A stretch of 63,697 bases of DNA, the filler included, from Kipferlia bialata (Eukaryota), in the NCBI GenBank assembly GCA_003568945.1. It is 4 parts of 4 records of this genome, joined end to end, with 100 filler letters (N's around TTAATTAATTAA, not from the genome) between each part and the next. Parts side by side here need not be neighbours in the genome. Positions count along the whole stretch, not along the records: positions 28,787 to 57,454 come from BDIP01000147.1; 3 more parts are not named here. The stretch is one strand, 5' to 3'. The notes beneath the pieces are model-generated. The model was given only the letters and a program-made list of their open reading frames with translations, searched no databases and had not been told where the DNA came from. Made by a program: the position numbers and the translations under genes. Numbering within the stretch: the stretch's first letter is position 1; each line of letters begins with the position of its first letter. Positions 37,991 through 51,658 of the stretch are shown here, piece by piece.

Positions 37991-40900
37991 ATGAGAGTCT
38001 GTGTCCTAGTCCTCTTAAGTCTAGCCCTCTATTGTGCAGCAGATGTGTGTGGTACGTTACTCGTTAAGGGCTTCATGTGAAGTGTTGATCATATTGATTG
38101 ACTGAGAACTACCTCTATCTCATTCAAGCATTTGTATATGTGCCACATACTAATGGCTGGTCATGATAAGAACATGTGTTTTGAACAGTTGCTGTGTTGT
38201 CACTCCCCCCCCCCCTCCCCCTCCCCCTGGCTTCGTCTCCGTCTCACAGTAGAGGACAACATCCTGTGGTCTGGGTTTCTGTCGGCCACCCCTGTACTCA
38301 TAGAGTCCCAGCCTGACTCTAACGTGTGCCCGTCACTCAATGGGGTTCGTGGGTTTGATTTCTTCTGTTGTTGTTTAGTACTGTCTGAATGTCTTATCTC
38401 TACCACTCCCTCTATCCTTCCTCCTCTCTGCCCTCACCCCCAGCAGCCCAGTTGCTGCTCCATCGGTGTATATGGCGACATATCTGTAAAGCACCAGGCC
38501 ATCAGGGATAGCATCGACTCCGTGCTTCTGTCTCTCTATGATGGGTCGGTGTGGTCGGGACTGCAGAACAGTATCAGCAGTGCCTGTGGGGATGTGACAG
38601 GTGCCTTCTACCAGAATATATATGCATCTTACTCTAGTTATCCTCTCTTCCATCTTTCTCCCCCATCTTACCACCTCTCCTCCCTGACTCCCAGAGGACT
38701 CTGTGCTCTCCTCCTCCTGCACCTTCTTCAACAGTCTGCTGGCACTGCTACAGACCACATCCAAGACATTTGCCTCAGAGGCAGCAGGATGCGCCACCAA
38801 GATGCTCGAGTGAGTGTTAGTATGTATATAAGTGTGTGGCAACCATTCCTCTATACCCTGCCCTCACCCCATAGGTATGAGGCCGGTATGTTCTGTCTGG
38901 CCTGTGACCCCAACTACACAGACCACGTGGTGGACAGCGTCATCAGGTGGGGGATGGTATACTCTTCTTGTCATACTCTGTTATAGTGTTACTCTCTGGG
39001 GTATCGTCATTTGTTTTCTGCTGTCTCTCTATCTCTCTCCCCTCCCCACCCCAGCATTGCCACCTCTGTCACCACCACCCTGGGGGATGAGTGCTGTGGG
39101 GCATTCCAGGCGGTGCTGTCTCTGACCACTGAGATAGAGCCCCTTCTGGTGGAGTATGTGTGTGGTCTGGTGAGTGAGGATGTCTCTCTTCCTGTTCCCT
39201 AAGTACTATACCATACCCTTATCCTCACACCAGGTTGGCCTGATGACCGTATACATACACACATATATACACATATACCCTCACTGCCAGGTTGGGGATG
39301 AGGGTGACATCCTGTATGAGACTTGTGAGCTGGGCATTGAGACAGCTGTCGACAGCCTCATCCCAGATGGTACGGGGAGACAGCACTGTGATACGTGTGT
39401 ATAAGCCACAACATTGAACCTCCCTCCCTTTTCTTCCCTCACCTCCCAGTCCTGTCCAACAGTGACATCTGTCCCGCTGTGGCCACCTTCCTAGGGGACC
39501 TTCTAGTGGGTATAGACATCAGCTCGGCATCGGCCGCCCTGGAGGTATGAGGTTGACCTGTCTCAGTGGTTCCTATCACTCACTCTCTAGTAAGTATCAT
39601 CCCCCCACCCCAGGCCTCCTTCGCGGTGCTTGACATCCTCAAGACAGTGGGCATAGTGGACTCATCTGATGTCTCAGGTGGGGTATGAGTACCTTGTAAC
39701 ATCCTCTGGCCCCTTCCTCCCCACCCCACTCCTCACCCCTTTCTCCTCCTCACCCACTAGGCTATGCCGCCAGTATGGTCGATGCCAAGTCCATGGCTGC
39801 CCCCAAGTGAGTGGCTGGTCCCATACAGTGACTGCTCTCCCTTTGTGTCTCTCTACTCCTCTACCCCTCACCCCCAGGTCCATATTTGATGACATCATCA
39901 GTCTCTTCACAGACGATGAGGACCTGTCCAACGCATACAGTGCAGATGGGTATGACCCAATCCCAAAGGGGCAGGTGGGTGGAGGACATACATATTTATA
40001 GACACTGTTCACACATACGCCCCTCTCGTCTCACTCTCTCCCTGTGCCTCACTCCCAGGCCTCTGAGCTAGACACCTCCATCACCATGCCCCAGGATGAG
40101 GCAGAGGGCATGGAGCAGTGGATGCAGTATGCGCTGTATGCTCTAGGTACCCCAAGTGCTTCTTCGCAATAATCTGCATTTACACTCATAGGTATTCATT
40201 GCACATACCTCACCCCCAGCGGCCGTGCTGTACCTGGTCCTGGGTGTGGTGCTGGGGTGCTTCCTCCATGCAAGACGGGTCACAAAGAGAGGTGGGGGTG
40301 TGTGGTTCTACTATGTATGTCTCTTATATACCACGACTCTGTCTCACCCCAGTGGCCCCCGGCCCTAGCCCCCTTCCCTCAGTGGATCAGTCCAGGTACC
40401 TATCTGTCTGTGTATGTGTGTTGCATCGTGTGTCTCCTCTGTTGTATGACTCTCTCTCTCTCCCTCCCCAACCCCCAGGCCCTCCTGGTATGGCCACACG
40501 GATGATGCCTCGGTTAGTGGCAAGGTACCATTGATGTCTCTTGCACTCTCACTGTCTTCCTCCAAGGTGTCTCTCTGTGTACACTAATCCCTCACCCCCA
40601 GGCCAAGAAGCCCTCTGTGTCCATGGGTGACAGGATGGCAGGTGGGGGTTGTATCATCAGTACATCTTCACCGTACAGTTATCTATGTATGATAGAGTGG
40701 TTTCGTTATAAAGATAGGCAAGAGTCTTACCTCCAGGATGGCGTGCCTCCTATACCGCATGGAAGGCGAAGAGGGAGGAGGAGAAGCTGAGGAAGCTGAG
40801 GTATTGATTAGTGTATCCATCTCTCTGGCACATCACATCATATCCCATCTCTCTGTGTGTGTGTGTCTCTCTCCCCCTCATTGACCCTTAGGATGAAGGG

Positions 40901-41324
40901 CAAGGCCCCCTCTCAGGTGCCACAGACCAGGGCAGAGGCATACAGGTACACGATTGCATGTCACTTAGCTCTTCTCTCACACCCTTGTCACAGGCTACTC
41001 TCACCAACAGGGTTGCCTCTATGGACCATGTGGCCAACTTCAACAGGTACGTGTGAGTGTTACTTCAGGCATCTACCTCTCTTCGCATTCCCCCCTCCCT
41101 CCATAACCGTAGGTCTCCTCAGGCGTCTCCATACTCCTCCGGTCCCAGCCGCTCTCTATCCTCTTCTTTTGCAGCAGGGTAAGTGTGTAAAACTACTGTC
41201 TCTCTCTCTCTCTACCTCCATCCTCACCCTCAGCACCACCCGGACCCCCCCTCCCCTCCCCTCCAGAAGAGCCCCCCCTCTGCCCCCTAGGAGGGCACCC
41301 GCACCCCCCATGGCAGGGCACTAG
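37991..41324 (+). CDS. Cys-rich type I membrane protein with Pro-rich cytoplasmic tail
   Basis: Signal peptide MRVCVLVLLSLALYCAADVC. Ectodomain with QPSCC, GMFCLACDPNY and DECCGAF (reminiscent of folate-receptor/NPC1-N-type Cys domains). TM segment AVLYLVLGVVLGCFLHARR. Tail ends PPPLPSRRAPPLPPRRAPAPPMAGH*. Confidence 0.7.
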
Positions 41325-41745
41325 AGAGAGAGAGAGAGAGGGAGAGAGAGAGAGAGAGAGAATGGGAAGTGTTTTGAAAGAGTGGTTAGTGTATGATAGC
41401 GGGTGGCTGTGTCGTTTATTGAGTGCCACTTTCTGTGGTGCGTTAGTGGGCATCCGTTGCAACAGTGTCTATTAGATTTTGTGTAGTTTGGTGAGTGTCA
41501 TAACTATGCTATCTTTGTGTACATTCTAGGTTGGAAATCAGAGTGTTTGTAACGTCTCAATATGTTTGACAACCGAAGAGTGATATGTACTAGTATGACA
41601 AGTAGCTTGTGACTGACATGTTTACAGAGCTGTTCAGCAGCTGTTGACAAATTGACTTTCCGAGATCGGTTCCAACATTGATGACGTGTTATCGTTGACT
41701 GTCCTTTCTTCTGTGACACACACCGTCAGTCTGTGACTACCACCC

Positions 41746-44683
41746 ATGCCGACTGAACAGAGTGTTGGCCCCATGCACCGGCTCTGGGACAATATCATGC
41801 CACTGAGGGAGGTTGTGCTGTTCCTGACCTTCTTTGTCTCCTGGTCCATGTGCTACAAGACCCCGAGGCACTTCCCCCGGACACAGACAGATCAGTACAC
41901 ATTCGAGGGACTTACGAGTCCTGAGGTAAGGAAGATGGTATCAGTAACACTAGAGACAGTCTTGTTACTGGTCTATACGTATATGTATAGGATCCTTGTC
42001 TTCACTGGATTGAGACGTCATCATATCCAGAATCCATCCCACAAGCGCTTATCACATATATCTTGATATAGGAATTACACCTTGAGTCCCCTCCACTCTC
42101 ACCACCATATCCTATGGCATGGGAGTCCAATGATGGTATATCATATGCCGATATATTGACACCGATATGCATATTGATTAATGTATATCGACATGTCGAG
42201 ATCACCCTATCTGTCTCCTAACATCAACCCCCTTCTCTCTCTTCCTCTGTTCTATCACCATTAACCCTAGCTGATCCAGAGGAGCGCCGGCCTGGAGGAC
42301 AGAAGCTTCTTCATAGTGGTATGTGGCATCTGTTATCTCTCTTTCCTCCTTTCCTTCTCTCCTTCTCTCCTCTCTCCTCCATCACATCCTAACGTCTCAG
42401 ATCAATGACGTCCATGCCGATCTGTGGTTCAAGACAGGCTCAGACCCTAACCAGGTGCAGTATCCTCCTCTCTCTCACATACACACTCTCTTTATCTTTC
42501 CTCTTCTCCCCCTTCTGTCTCTGACCCCCCAGCGATGTGTCAATGGCACTGGTACAGCCGGTGTGTTTGGAGAGCACGTCTGTGACACGCCGTTCTATGC
42601 CCTGGACGCTGCCCTACAGGCGACGGCTAAGGTATACACATTCATACCGTTATAGAGTAGTGCGATCCTGACATACTCCCCTTCTACCATCTAATCCTCA
42701 CCCCCTCAGGCCTTCCCCAACCCCGACTTCATGCTGTACCTAGGCGACGCCCCCCCTCACAACTGGGACCCCCACGGACCCATCCTCATGGATGACAAGT
42801 GAGTGGTGTATATACAGTGAGTGGGGTCTCTTGCATCTGTTTCCATGCTTGTTATGTCTGCTCTCACCCCAGGGATGTCATTGACAGCATAGATAGAGTC
42901 ATAGGCTCTCTCACTGTTGCATACCCAGAGACAGTGCCCGTGTTCCCTATACTAGGTACATATCATGCTAGTACTCTCTCACACTGAAGTATGTTGCTGT
43001 ACTGTTGACTGGGTTTTTATGGATACCTAGTCCTATGCCCTACCCCAGGCAACCACGACACCTACCCCGAGGAGTGCTTACCACTCAAGGGCAAGGCCAG
43101 GACAGACTGGCTAGGTGGGGAATATGTATATCGCAGTATAGTAGAGTGTCATTAGAGAATGGATTGGCCATGGGACAGACTGGCTAGGTATATATATACA
43201 GCACTATATTAGAGTGTCATGATGGCATGGATTGGATACCCTAACCCCAGGCCGTGTTGGCGACTGTTACAAGAGGTGCAGCGGCATGTCGGATGATAGT
43301 GTGGCCACGTTCAAGGTATGCATGAGATATATTTCAGACAGTCTCATATTACTCATATTACCTCCACTCACCCTATCTACGACTGACGTTAGGAGTACGG
43401 CTGGTACACCGAGTCTCTCAATGACTCCACCACCCTTGTAGTGATGAACACAGTGTACTACGACATGATGAATGTGTATGTCATGCTGGGGGGGTGCTCA
43501 GACAGGTATGGGGGGGGGTATATACTGTTGTCTCTATAGCCTCCCCTGTCTCCCTCACCCCTCAGGACAGCCCCTGATCAGTGGACATGGCTCGAGGACC
43601 AGTTCCTGGCAGCACGGGCAGAGGGAAAGAAGGTGCCCATGGTCATATCTATATGCTTCATTTTCCCTCCTCCCTCACCCCAGGTTCTTCTGGCATTGCA
43701 CCGTCCCGTTGGCTACTACTCTAACAAGATCGAGTATGACTTCTGCCCACAGTACGCAGAGTGTGTATATAGTTATCTTCTCTTCCTCTCAGAGGCTATA
43801 TGCTCCAACAGCATATCAGATATACCTAGTCCTATCAGCTCAAGCATCCCATATATCCTCCGTACCCTAACCCTCCCAGTGATTCCCACTTGCTTGAGAA
43901 CCTGCTGGTTGAATACTCAGATGTGGTACCCGTGTCCTTTGCCGGCCACACACACAGGTATATCCACATGTATAGTGTCTCCTATATCCAGAACCCTCGT
44001 ATGACCACCCTCCTTCTCACCCTAGGGATGAGTGGCGCATCATCAGGGACGAGTTGGGTGCCCCCTCCCACTCCATCATCATATCCCCAGGAGCCACAGG
44101 GTACACACTCACCAACCCCGGTATCAGGTACCCTCAGCACTAGTCATTGCCTATGTAACCTCTCTACCTCTGTATGACATCCCACACCCAGACTTGTTGA
44201 GTGGAACCCTAGCACAGGTGAAATCATCGGCTGGACCCAACTGTACTGGGACATCGACCTGTCCAACAAGTATGACTACTTAGACCTCAGGGTGGGGTAC
44301 AGGTATGGGGGGCTTTTCCTACTCTATCACTCAGTCTGTGTAATACCGTCCTCTGAGAGGACTCCTCTCTACATAACCCACCCCAGGGCCGCAGAGGAGT
44401 ATGGTCTGCTCAATGTCAATGCCACCGTCATGGCAGATGTCAGTCAGGACCTGGTCGATGACGACAGGGCATTCAGCTCCTTCTACAGCCACTTGTATGT
44501 CGAGAACGTGGAACCAGAGAGGTATATATGACTCTGGCCTGCTCAATATATAAGCACTGTGCCTCATGGACCTTCCCTCCCACCCCCAGCTGGACCCGCT
44601 CTGACCGTGCCTTTGCCCTATGCTCCATACAACACGTGGATGAGGCTGGGTACAACAAGTGTCTGGAGGAGCTGGACTCGTAG
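41746..44683 (+). CDS. Acid sphingomyelinase-like metallophosphoesterase (SMPDL3/ASM family)
   Basis: N-terminal hydrophobic anchor. Metal-binding motifs: NDVHAD, G.FG..VCDTP, YLGDAPPH, FPILGNHDTYP, ALHRPVG, SFAGHTHRDEWR, TNPG. Stop TAG at 44681-44683. Confidence 0.9.
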
Positions 44684-46084
44684 GAGTATGGTGTGTGGAA
44701 AGAAGTGTGTTGTGTCATAAATGGGTAGAGTTAGATCTACATCATCGTACTACATATATCATGATGTATTGGGGTTTTATGGAATGACAGGGCTATGACT
44801 GTGTCTCGATAGACTCTTCCGCTTCAAGCGGCTAAAAGAGTCAACCTGAATTATGGGTGTAGGCCAACTCTAATCACATGCAAGGTAGCTTCGTGATTCG
44901 TATGGTAGTCAGAACACAAATATATAAAATATATATCAGTGGCGGTCCATGTTCAGCCTGATATGCGCTTACCGTCTCTCTATCTACGATTCTGGACTCT
45001 ATGGGAACGGCAAAGCTTCAGCCTATTGTCTCAAGAGATAGGTCTTACAATAGATTCAATTAGCGAAACTGTTATCCACGCGAAACTGTTATCCAGTTGA
45101 AGCGTATGGTAGTGTACTAGTGCTTGGCGATTGCTCGGAATTACATTCCTGTATCTCTCTGTTCTTTCTCTAGCATTCTCTAGATTCTCGCCATGAGTCA
45201 CATCAGACTGTAATTGTTAGTAATTGGTTATAGTTCCGTCATTGGCACCATACTAGTCTATTGTGGAGTGTAGGAATGTTACAGGCTGCGGCTGCGACTA
45301 CTCTTTATCACGCATAATTACAATGATGAGATCATAACTCGCTTTGTGGTCGTCTCATACCTCAGCTTGACACCAAGAAGTTCTTGGCAAGAACTTCTTA
45401 GTGGACAACTTTCTAAGTAGTCCAAAACTTAAGAGCAGTCCCTCTTGCCTACTGCGACTTACCTTGTAAGTTGCAAGAGCAGCTGCGTTGATATCCTTAA
45501 GGGAGATATAATCATGACCGAGACCCGCACCTTACCAGCCACACTCTTGTTCGTTCGGGATACTTTGAATGCGTGTTCCAGATCCGCAGATACAGGCGCG
45601 CATTCCAAAGGCCAGTTAATACCCCTAGGGTATGTGATGGATGCATATGGTTACCACAGGCTCTGTGGCTCCGAGCCTCTGTGATAGTGAGAATCACTAA
45701 GAGATATATCCCACCAACATGTTACTTACAACGTGTGACCAGGACAGACAGGGTAAAACAACAACCAGAATAGAATCAGGAGAAGAGACAGCCGGCACTG
45801 GTTGTGGTGTTACATCAGAGACATGCCGTATATAGAAAGGACTAGACAATATGAATGTATACCCAACCAACAGACATTAGGAACCAAATGAGTCACAGAG
45901 GATCTCTATGCTTGTCCTACAGTGGGAAGGCAAAGGCTTGACAACACGGACGAAGTAGATATTCCGGAGAGCATTGACAGTGTAGGAAAATAGAAGATCG
46001 GAGATTGATTGCAAAATGATCTGATGATCATCGAATCAGATCAATCGATTTGATTCTCCTTGATCATCCTTTCTTCACAGATAG

Positions 46085-47239
46085 ATGGAGAAGACTGGAG
46101 ACGAGTGGAAGGCCGAGGGCAACAAGGCATTTGGCGCTGGAGACTTTGCCACTGCCGTTGCCTGTTTCACAAGCGGAGTGGCCCAGGTGCGCGTGTGTGT
46201 GGAGTAGGTGTGTGACTCAAGTCATCATCTCTGATTCCAGGACCCTACCAACCGTGCTCTCTACTCCAACAGGAGTGCAGCATACGCCAGGACCGGGGAC
46301 TACGCTTCTGCCCTCGCAGATGCCGAGAAGTGCATCGAGATTGCACCCACCTGGGTCAAGGTATACTACTAGACTAGTACACTGTATAGTTGTGTATCGT
46401 TTGCATCAGCTGTCCACACTCACGCCAGGGCTATGCCAGGAAGGGCCATGCCCTCACCCAGACAGGAGACATCATGGGCGCCATGGCAGCCTTTGAGAAG
46501 GGCCTGGAGGTGGCCCCAGAGGACAAGGTATAGGCCCAGTACATGTGACGCTACCAGTGGTACATATGTAGTTATACTGATATATTCTCTGACCCCTAGG
46601 CATGCACCACTGGTATGCAGGAGGTGAGGGCCGCAGCCAACGCCCAGTCCCAGAACATGATGAACAACATCTTTGGTGGGTGGTGTATGTACAAGTATAT
46701 AGCATGTACCACATGTATATCAGTACTCGTAATCCAATTCCCCCTGACCTCAGGCCCCGACATGCTTGTGCGCCTGTCCCAGGACCCCCGTACCGCTGCC
46801 TTCATGGGCGACGCTGCCTTTGTGGAGCAGATGAAGCTGGTGCAGTCCAACCCCCAGCAGGGCATCCAGCTTCTGCAGCAGGACCCCAGGTTCCAGACCT
46901 GCCTGTCTGTGCTCCTCAACCTCCCCTCCACCCCAGACGTGGGCGGGGCCAAGCCAGAGCCCGTGCCCACCCAGGCCGAGGAGAAGGAGGAGGCCCCCTC
47001 CATGGAGGTCGAGGCAGACGACGAGGAGTCCAGCGATGTGCCCGAGGCCGAGGAGGAGCCCGAGGTGGACGAGGCTGCCCTAGCGAAGGAACAGGCCATG
47101 GCCATCAAGGCAAAGGCAGACGCAGAGTTCAAGGTACGGGTTCATGGTGTCTCCAGCATGGGGATTCTTCTATACATTTCTCTCATACAACTCCCCCCCC
47201 CCTCACACCCAGGCCAAGCACTACGAGGCTGCCCTCTAG
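46085..47239 (+). CDS. STI1: STI1/HOP Hsp70-Hsp90 co-chaperone, N-terminal half only (TPR1 + DP1 + start of TPR2A)
   Basis: TPR1: MEKTGDEWKAEGNKAF...ALYSNRSAAYARTGDYASALADAEKCIEIAPTWVKGYARKGHAL. DP1: LSQDPRT...LLQQDPRF. Then an acidic linker and AMAIKAKADAEFK|AKHYEAAL*, with stop at 47237-47239. Confidence 0.85.
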
Positions 47240-49644
47240 ACATTCTCTTGTGTCATCATCAGTCCCAAGGGCACACAGTATCTCTATGTCTCTTTCTCTG
47301 CATATATATATATATCTATATACCTCTGTATATCTTACCCTAGGGCCCTGTCCAGTGTGTGCATCAGTCCCAGGGGCAGGGTGCTGGCCAGACAGGTCGG
47401 AGGTATGGGTTGGAATAGTGTATATGGCTTATATACGTTTATGTAGTATGGATAGGTTGCTATAATATATATATTACCATATTTATTGTGTCAATTGCTT
47501 GCAGTCAATAATCTTTTTAACCCCAGGCATATCCACCCTGGTTGACTTGCTCTCCCACTCTGAGGGGGAGAGAGAGGGAGAGACAGTACAGGAGGGGGAG
47601 GACGACCCAGTACAGCTCGCAGCGGCAGGTACTGGTATATATGTATACATATAATGGTATAATATAATGTGTTATGACATTCCAAGATTCATCTCTCTCT
47701 CTCTCTCTATCATCCCCAGGCTGTCTCATCAACCTACACATCCATATATATATATATATACATATATATATATTTACTGGTATTAGTATACACTCATCCC
47801 CAGGCTGCCTCATCAACCTGTCTGTCAATGCCAGGAACAAGGAGGCAATACTCGCAGCAGGTATATGAATATTTCATGTATATATAAAATTGTAAATATA
47901 TATAGAGAGGTATAGATGCCAGGAACAACGAGGCAATACTCGCAACGGGTACATCACCGTGTACTAGCTCCAATATCTCTGCTATATAAATCTATGTGAC
48001 TTCAATCTCACCCCTATATATTGATCATCATTACCCCATCGGTGACTTACCCCCAATGGTCTCTCGTCCCAGACTCTCACATCTCTCTCTCTCACTCACT
48101 CTCTCTCTCTCGCTCTCTCTATCTTTAACCTCAAGGCGGTGTCCCTCCCCTTGTCTCTCTCCTAGCAGACACCCAGGGTGGGTCTGACGCCATGAGGGTC
48201 TTTGCACTCAGGGCACTCTGCAACCTGTGCTTATGCCCAGGGGCTAAGGTATATATACTTTCTTAAATGATTATCTATTTATATATATATATACATTTGT
48301 ATACATATATGTATATATATGTGTGTGTGTTGCACTCAGGGCCCTGTGCAACCTGTGCCTGTGCCCAAGGGCTAAGGTATACAATGTTCTGTCTAGATAT
48401 ATAATATTAGTGTGTGTGTATGTCTGTACTAACCTCCAGGCATCTGGTTTTGCCTGTGGGGTAGTTGACTGTATTCTCCCTCTCTCCCTCTCTCTCTCTC
48501 TTTCAATCCCTGTATGTATTCATATATACTATCTTTAGGCTTCTGCCCTGCCTTGTGGAGCTAGTGGACTGCATCATTTCTCTCTCTCTCTCTCTCCATG
48601 TATACTGACCCCTAGGCCTCTGCCCTTGCCTGTGGCGTAGTGGACTGCATCCCACCTCTGCTTGCATATACAGGTCAGTATCAGTATATGATACATCTAC
48701 CTTAATAGTATAATATATGAATATATATATATACTGATACACAGGCCAGAGTGAGAGAGAGACAGAGGCCGAGAGTGACACAGCCATGCCCAAGTACGCA
48801 GCAAGGCTCTGTGCGGCACTTTTCATAGAGGTTCGGTATTATTCATTGTATATTGAGTATATGTATGTATCAATACCTCATATTGGTATTTCTTTTTAGG
48901 ATGTAGTCATATGAGTTCATAAGACGTATTCTGATACCAGGACAGCGACACTGCCTCCCCCTCTGACCCCCTCCCGTCTGAGTACCTGTCTGCCATACCC
49001 ACTCTTGTGTCCCATCTGGTAGGGGCAGCGGGTAGACTAGCATCAGCATCAACATCCACACACAGTGAGAGAGAGAGGGGGGGTGCGTCCTCCAGTGGTG
49101 ACACAGGTGTCCTAGGGGAGATCTCCTCTGCTGCAGTGTGTCTGTTGGACACACTCCAGAGAGAGCAGGAGAGAGAGAGAGCCAGGAGGGGCGTCGCCCC
49201 AGACGAGAGACTCGCCCTCGAGAGAGAGAGCGTGGAGCTACTGGGTATACAGGGCATCACCCAGGGGGCAGGGAACGCTGCCCTCTCCCCCTTCTCCCCC
49301 TTGCCTGACCTACCCCCTTCCCTCCTGCCCATGCCAGTGTCCGGGGTGGGGGAGAGGAGAGGGGTAGCTGGGGATATCCATCTGGCCCTGGGGGGTCTGT
49401 CTGCTCTGGGCAGGCAGTACCACATCGCAGACACAGCAACGCAGGTATAGTAAATGTTCAAGGTTAACTCTCTCTCTCTATATATATATATATGTGTGTT
49501 AGTTATAGTGACATCGCAGACACAGCAACGCAGGTATAGGACATAGTGACTATGAAATCTTTCTCTCTTTCTCTGTATACACTATCCCCACCACTCATTC
49601 TAGGCCGATGGCTTTGCCCGATCCCCTAACCCCTGTGACTATGA

Positions 49645-49681
<37 letters not shown>

Positions 49682-51504
49682 ATATTTATAATAACTCTAG
49701 TCTGATGGCTTTGCCCGATCCCCTGTCCCCCCTGACCCCTGTGACTATGAACCCTCTCTCTCTCTCTCTCTCTCTGTATTATATATACTTACTCTAGGCT
49801 GAGGGTTTCGCCCGGTCGCCTGTCCCCCCTGACCCCTGTGATTATGATGCATCACTGGTCAGGAGGGGCATGCCCCAGGACGCAGTGCTGTATGCTAGGT
49901 GTGTGTAGTATATATGTATGTATATGTATATATAGGTAGAGATAGTAGAGGGAGAGATAGAGAGGTACATCACTGGTCAGAAGGGGCATGCCCCAGGACG
50001 CAGTGCTGTATGTAAGGTATGCATTGAATACGATACCCAATAAGTACTCAGAAAACTCCCTCTCTCTGTCTCTTGGTTCTGTTCTCGCCCTCTAAGGGTT
50101 TCTCTCCCCTTTCCTCTTCTGATGCTAGGTCTGTCCTTTCTCTGTCTGTGGGTGCCACCTCTGAGAGGCGTCTCTCTCTCTCTGGGGCACTGTCTGTACT
50201 GGATGTCCTACCTGTCCTAGTCATTGGATCCCTAAAGGGGAAGGTATATATAGTGTATACGATATATATGTATATATGTATTATATATAAATATACTTGT
50301 CTGTACTGGACATCCTCCCTGTCCTGGTCATAGGGTCACTCAAGGGGAAGGTGTCTTTTGATTTGACCTCTATGTTACCTGAATGTAGGTGACAAGAGGT
50401 ATCGACTATCAGCAGCATTCTTATACGTGATTCATACTGATAGCCACGTATATATATATTTATCACTGTTATCTAGCCAATGACACCCAGACTGCCCTGA
50501 GGCACGCTGCCCGACACGCCATCCATGACGGCATGGCCACAATACTGGCAAACAGGTGTGTTTGACTCTTATGTTATGCTACGTCTCCATGAATACTCAT
50601 ACTCATATATACTTGCATCTCCTTTTTTTAGCCTTGGGGCGGTATCTTTGTGAATATTCATGTTTACTGTTGCATTTACGTACATTTCACTAACCCCAGC
50701 CTGAGGGTGTCCAAGCACGAGAGAGACTCCGTTACTCTCCTATCCCTCTCTCTATCTATACAACTCCATTTAGTGTTCTCACACCAGCCTCCGTGTGTCC
50801 AAGCACGAGAGAGACTCCGTGGCCCTCCTGGCCCCTGCCCTGTCCAGACTGTGTCTATCCATAGCAGTGTGGGCACAGGAGGAGGGAGGGGCTGATAGTG
50901 CAGGTATGATGAGTATATTGAATATATGTAAGAGTATATGTATAGGTGTATATATATAGACTGTGTCTATCTATGGCAGTGTGGGCACAGGAGGAGGGGG
51001 GGGCTGATAGTGCAGGTATATATAAATATATAGTATGTATATGAGTGTATTGGTATTTATATGTACTGTGTCTATCTATAGCAGTGTGGGCACAGGAGGA
51101 GGGAGGGGCTGATAGTGCAGGTGTGTTATGTTATATATACCATGTATAGTTTAGCTATATACGTATATGTTATAAATGTCGAGCGTATACATATACGTAC
51201 TCTGCGGCTCACATCAGTCTGGCCCACCATCCTAGCCCTCGTGATGCTAGTTGAGCACCTTACACCCATCCTACCCGATGTAGCTTGCCCCATGCTATCA
51301 TGTGCACTCTCCAGTCTCGCCTGGTCTCCTGCAGTCTGCGGGTCCGCTCCAGTCAACGCCCGTTTCGCCTTGCTCAATGCTCTGACTGTTGTTGGCGCAC
51401 CCTTACCCCTACCACTTGCACAGGCGCTAGAGGGTGAGGAGTACTGTGTGGGTGACCCTAGATTGGTCAGTGTGGCCAGAGGGATGCCAAGGTCACAGAT
51501 ATGA
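47240..51504 (+). CDS. Multi-exon helical/ARM-repeat-like protein, 5' end missing
   Basis: Exons CLINLSVNARNKEAILAAG and ALRALCNLCLCPRAK resemble armadillo helices. Further Leu-rich helical exons end ...SVARGMPRSQI* at 51504. Confidence 0.55.
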
Positions 51505-51658
51505 CCGTGTAGGATATATCCATCGTGTAATACTTGAAGTATGGCAGAATGGGGTTGTAAATAGAATGTATATGTACATTGTTGTACGAAACAAGAGACA
51601 TTGAAGAACAGTAACCAACCAATACAACAACATAACTATTCATACATTTATCACCGAT

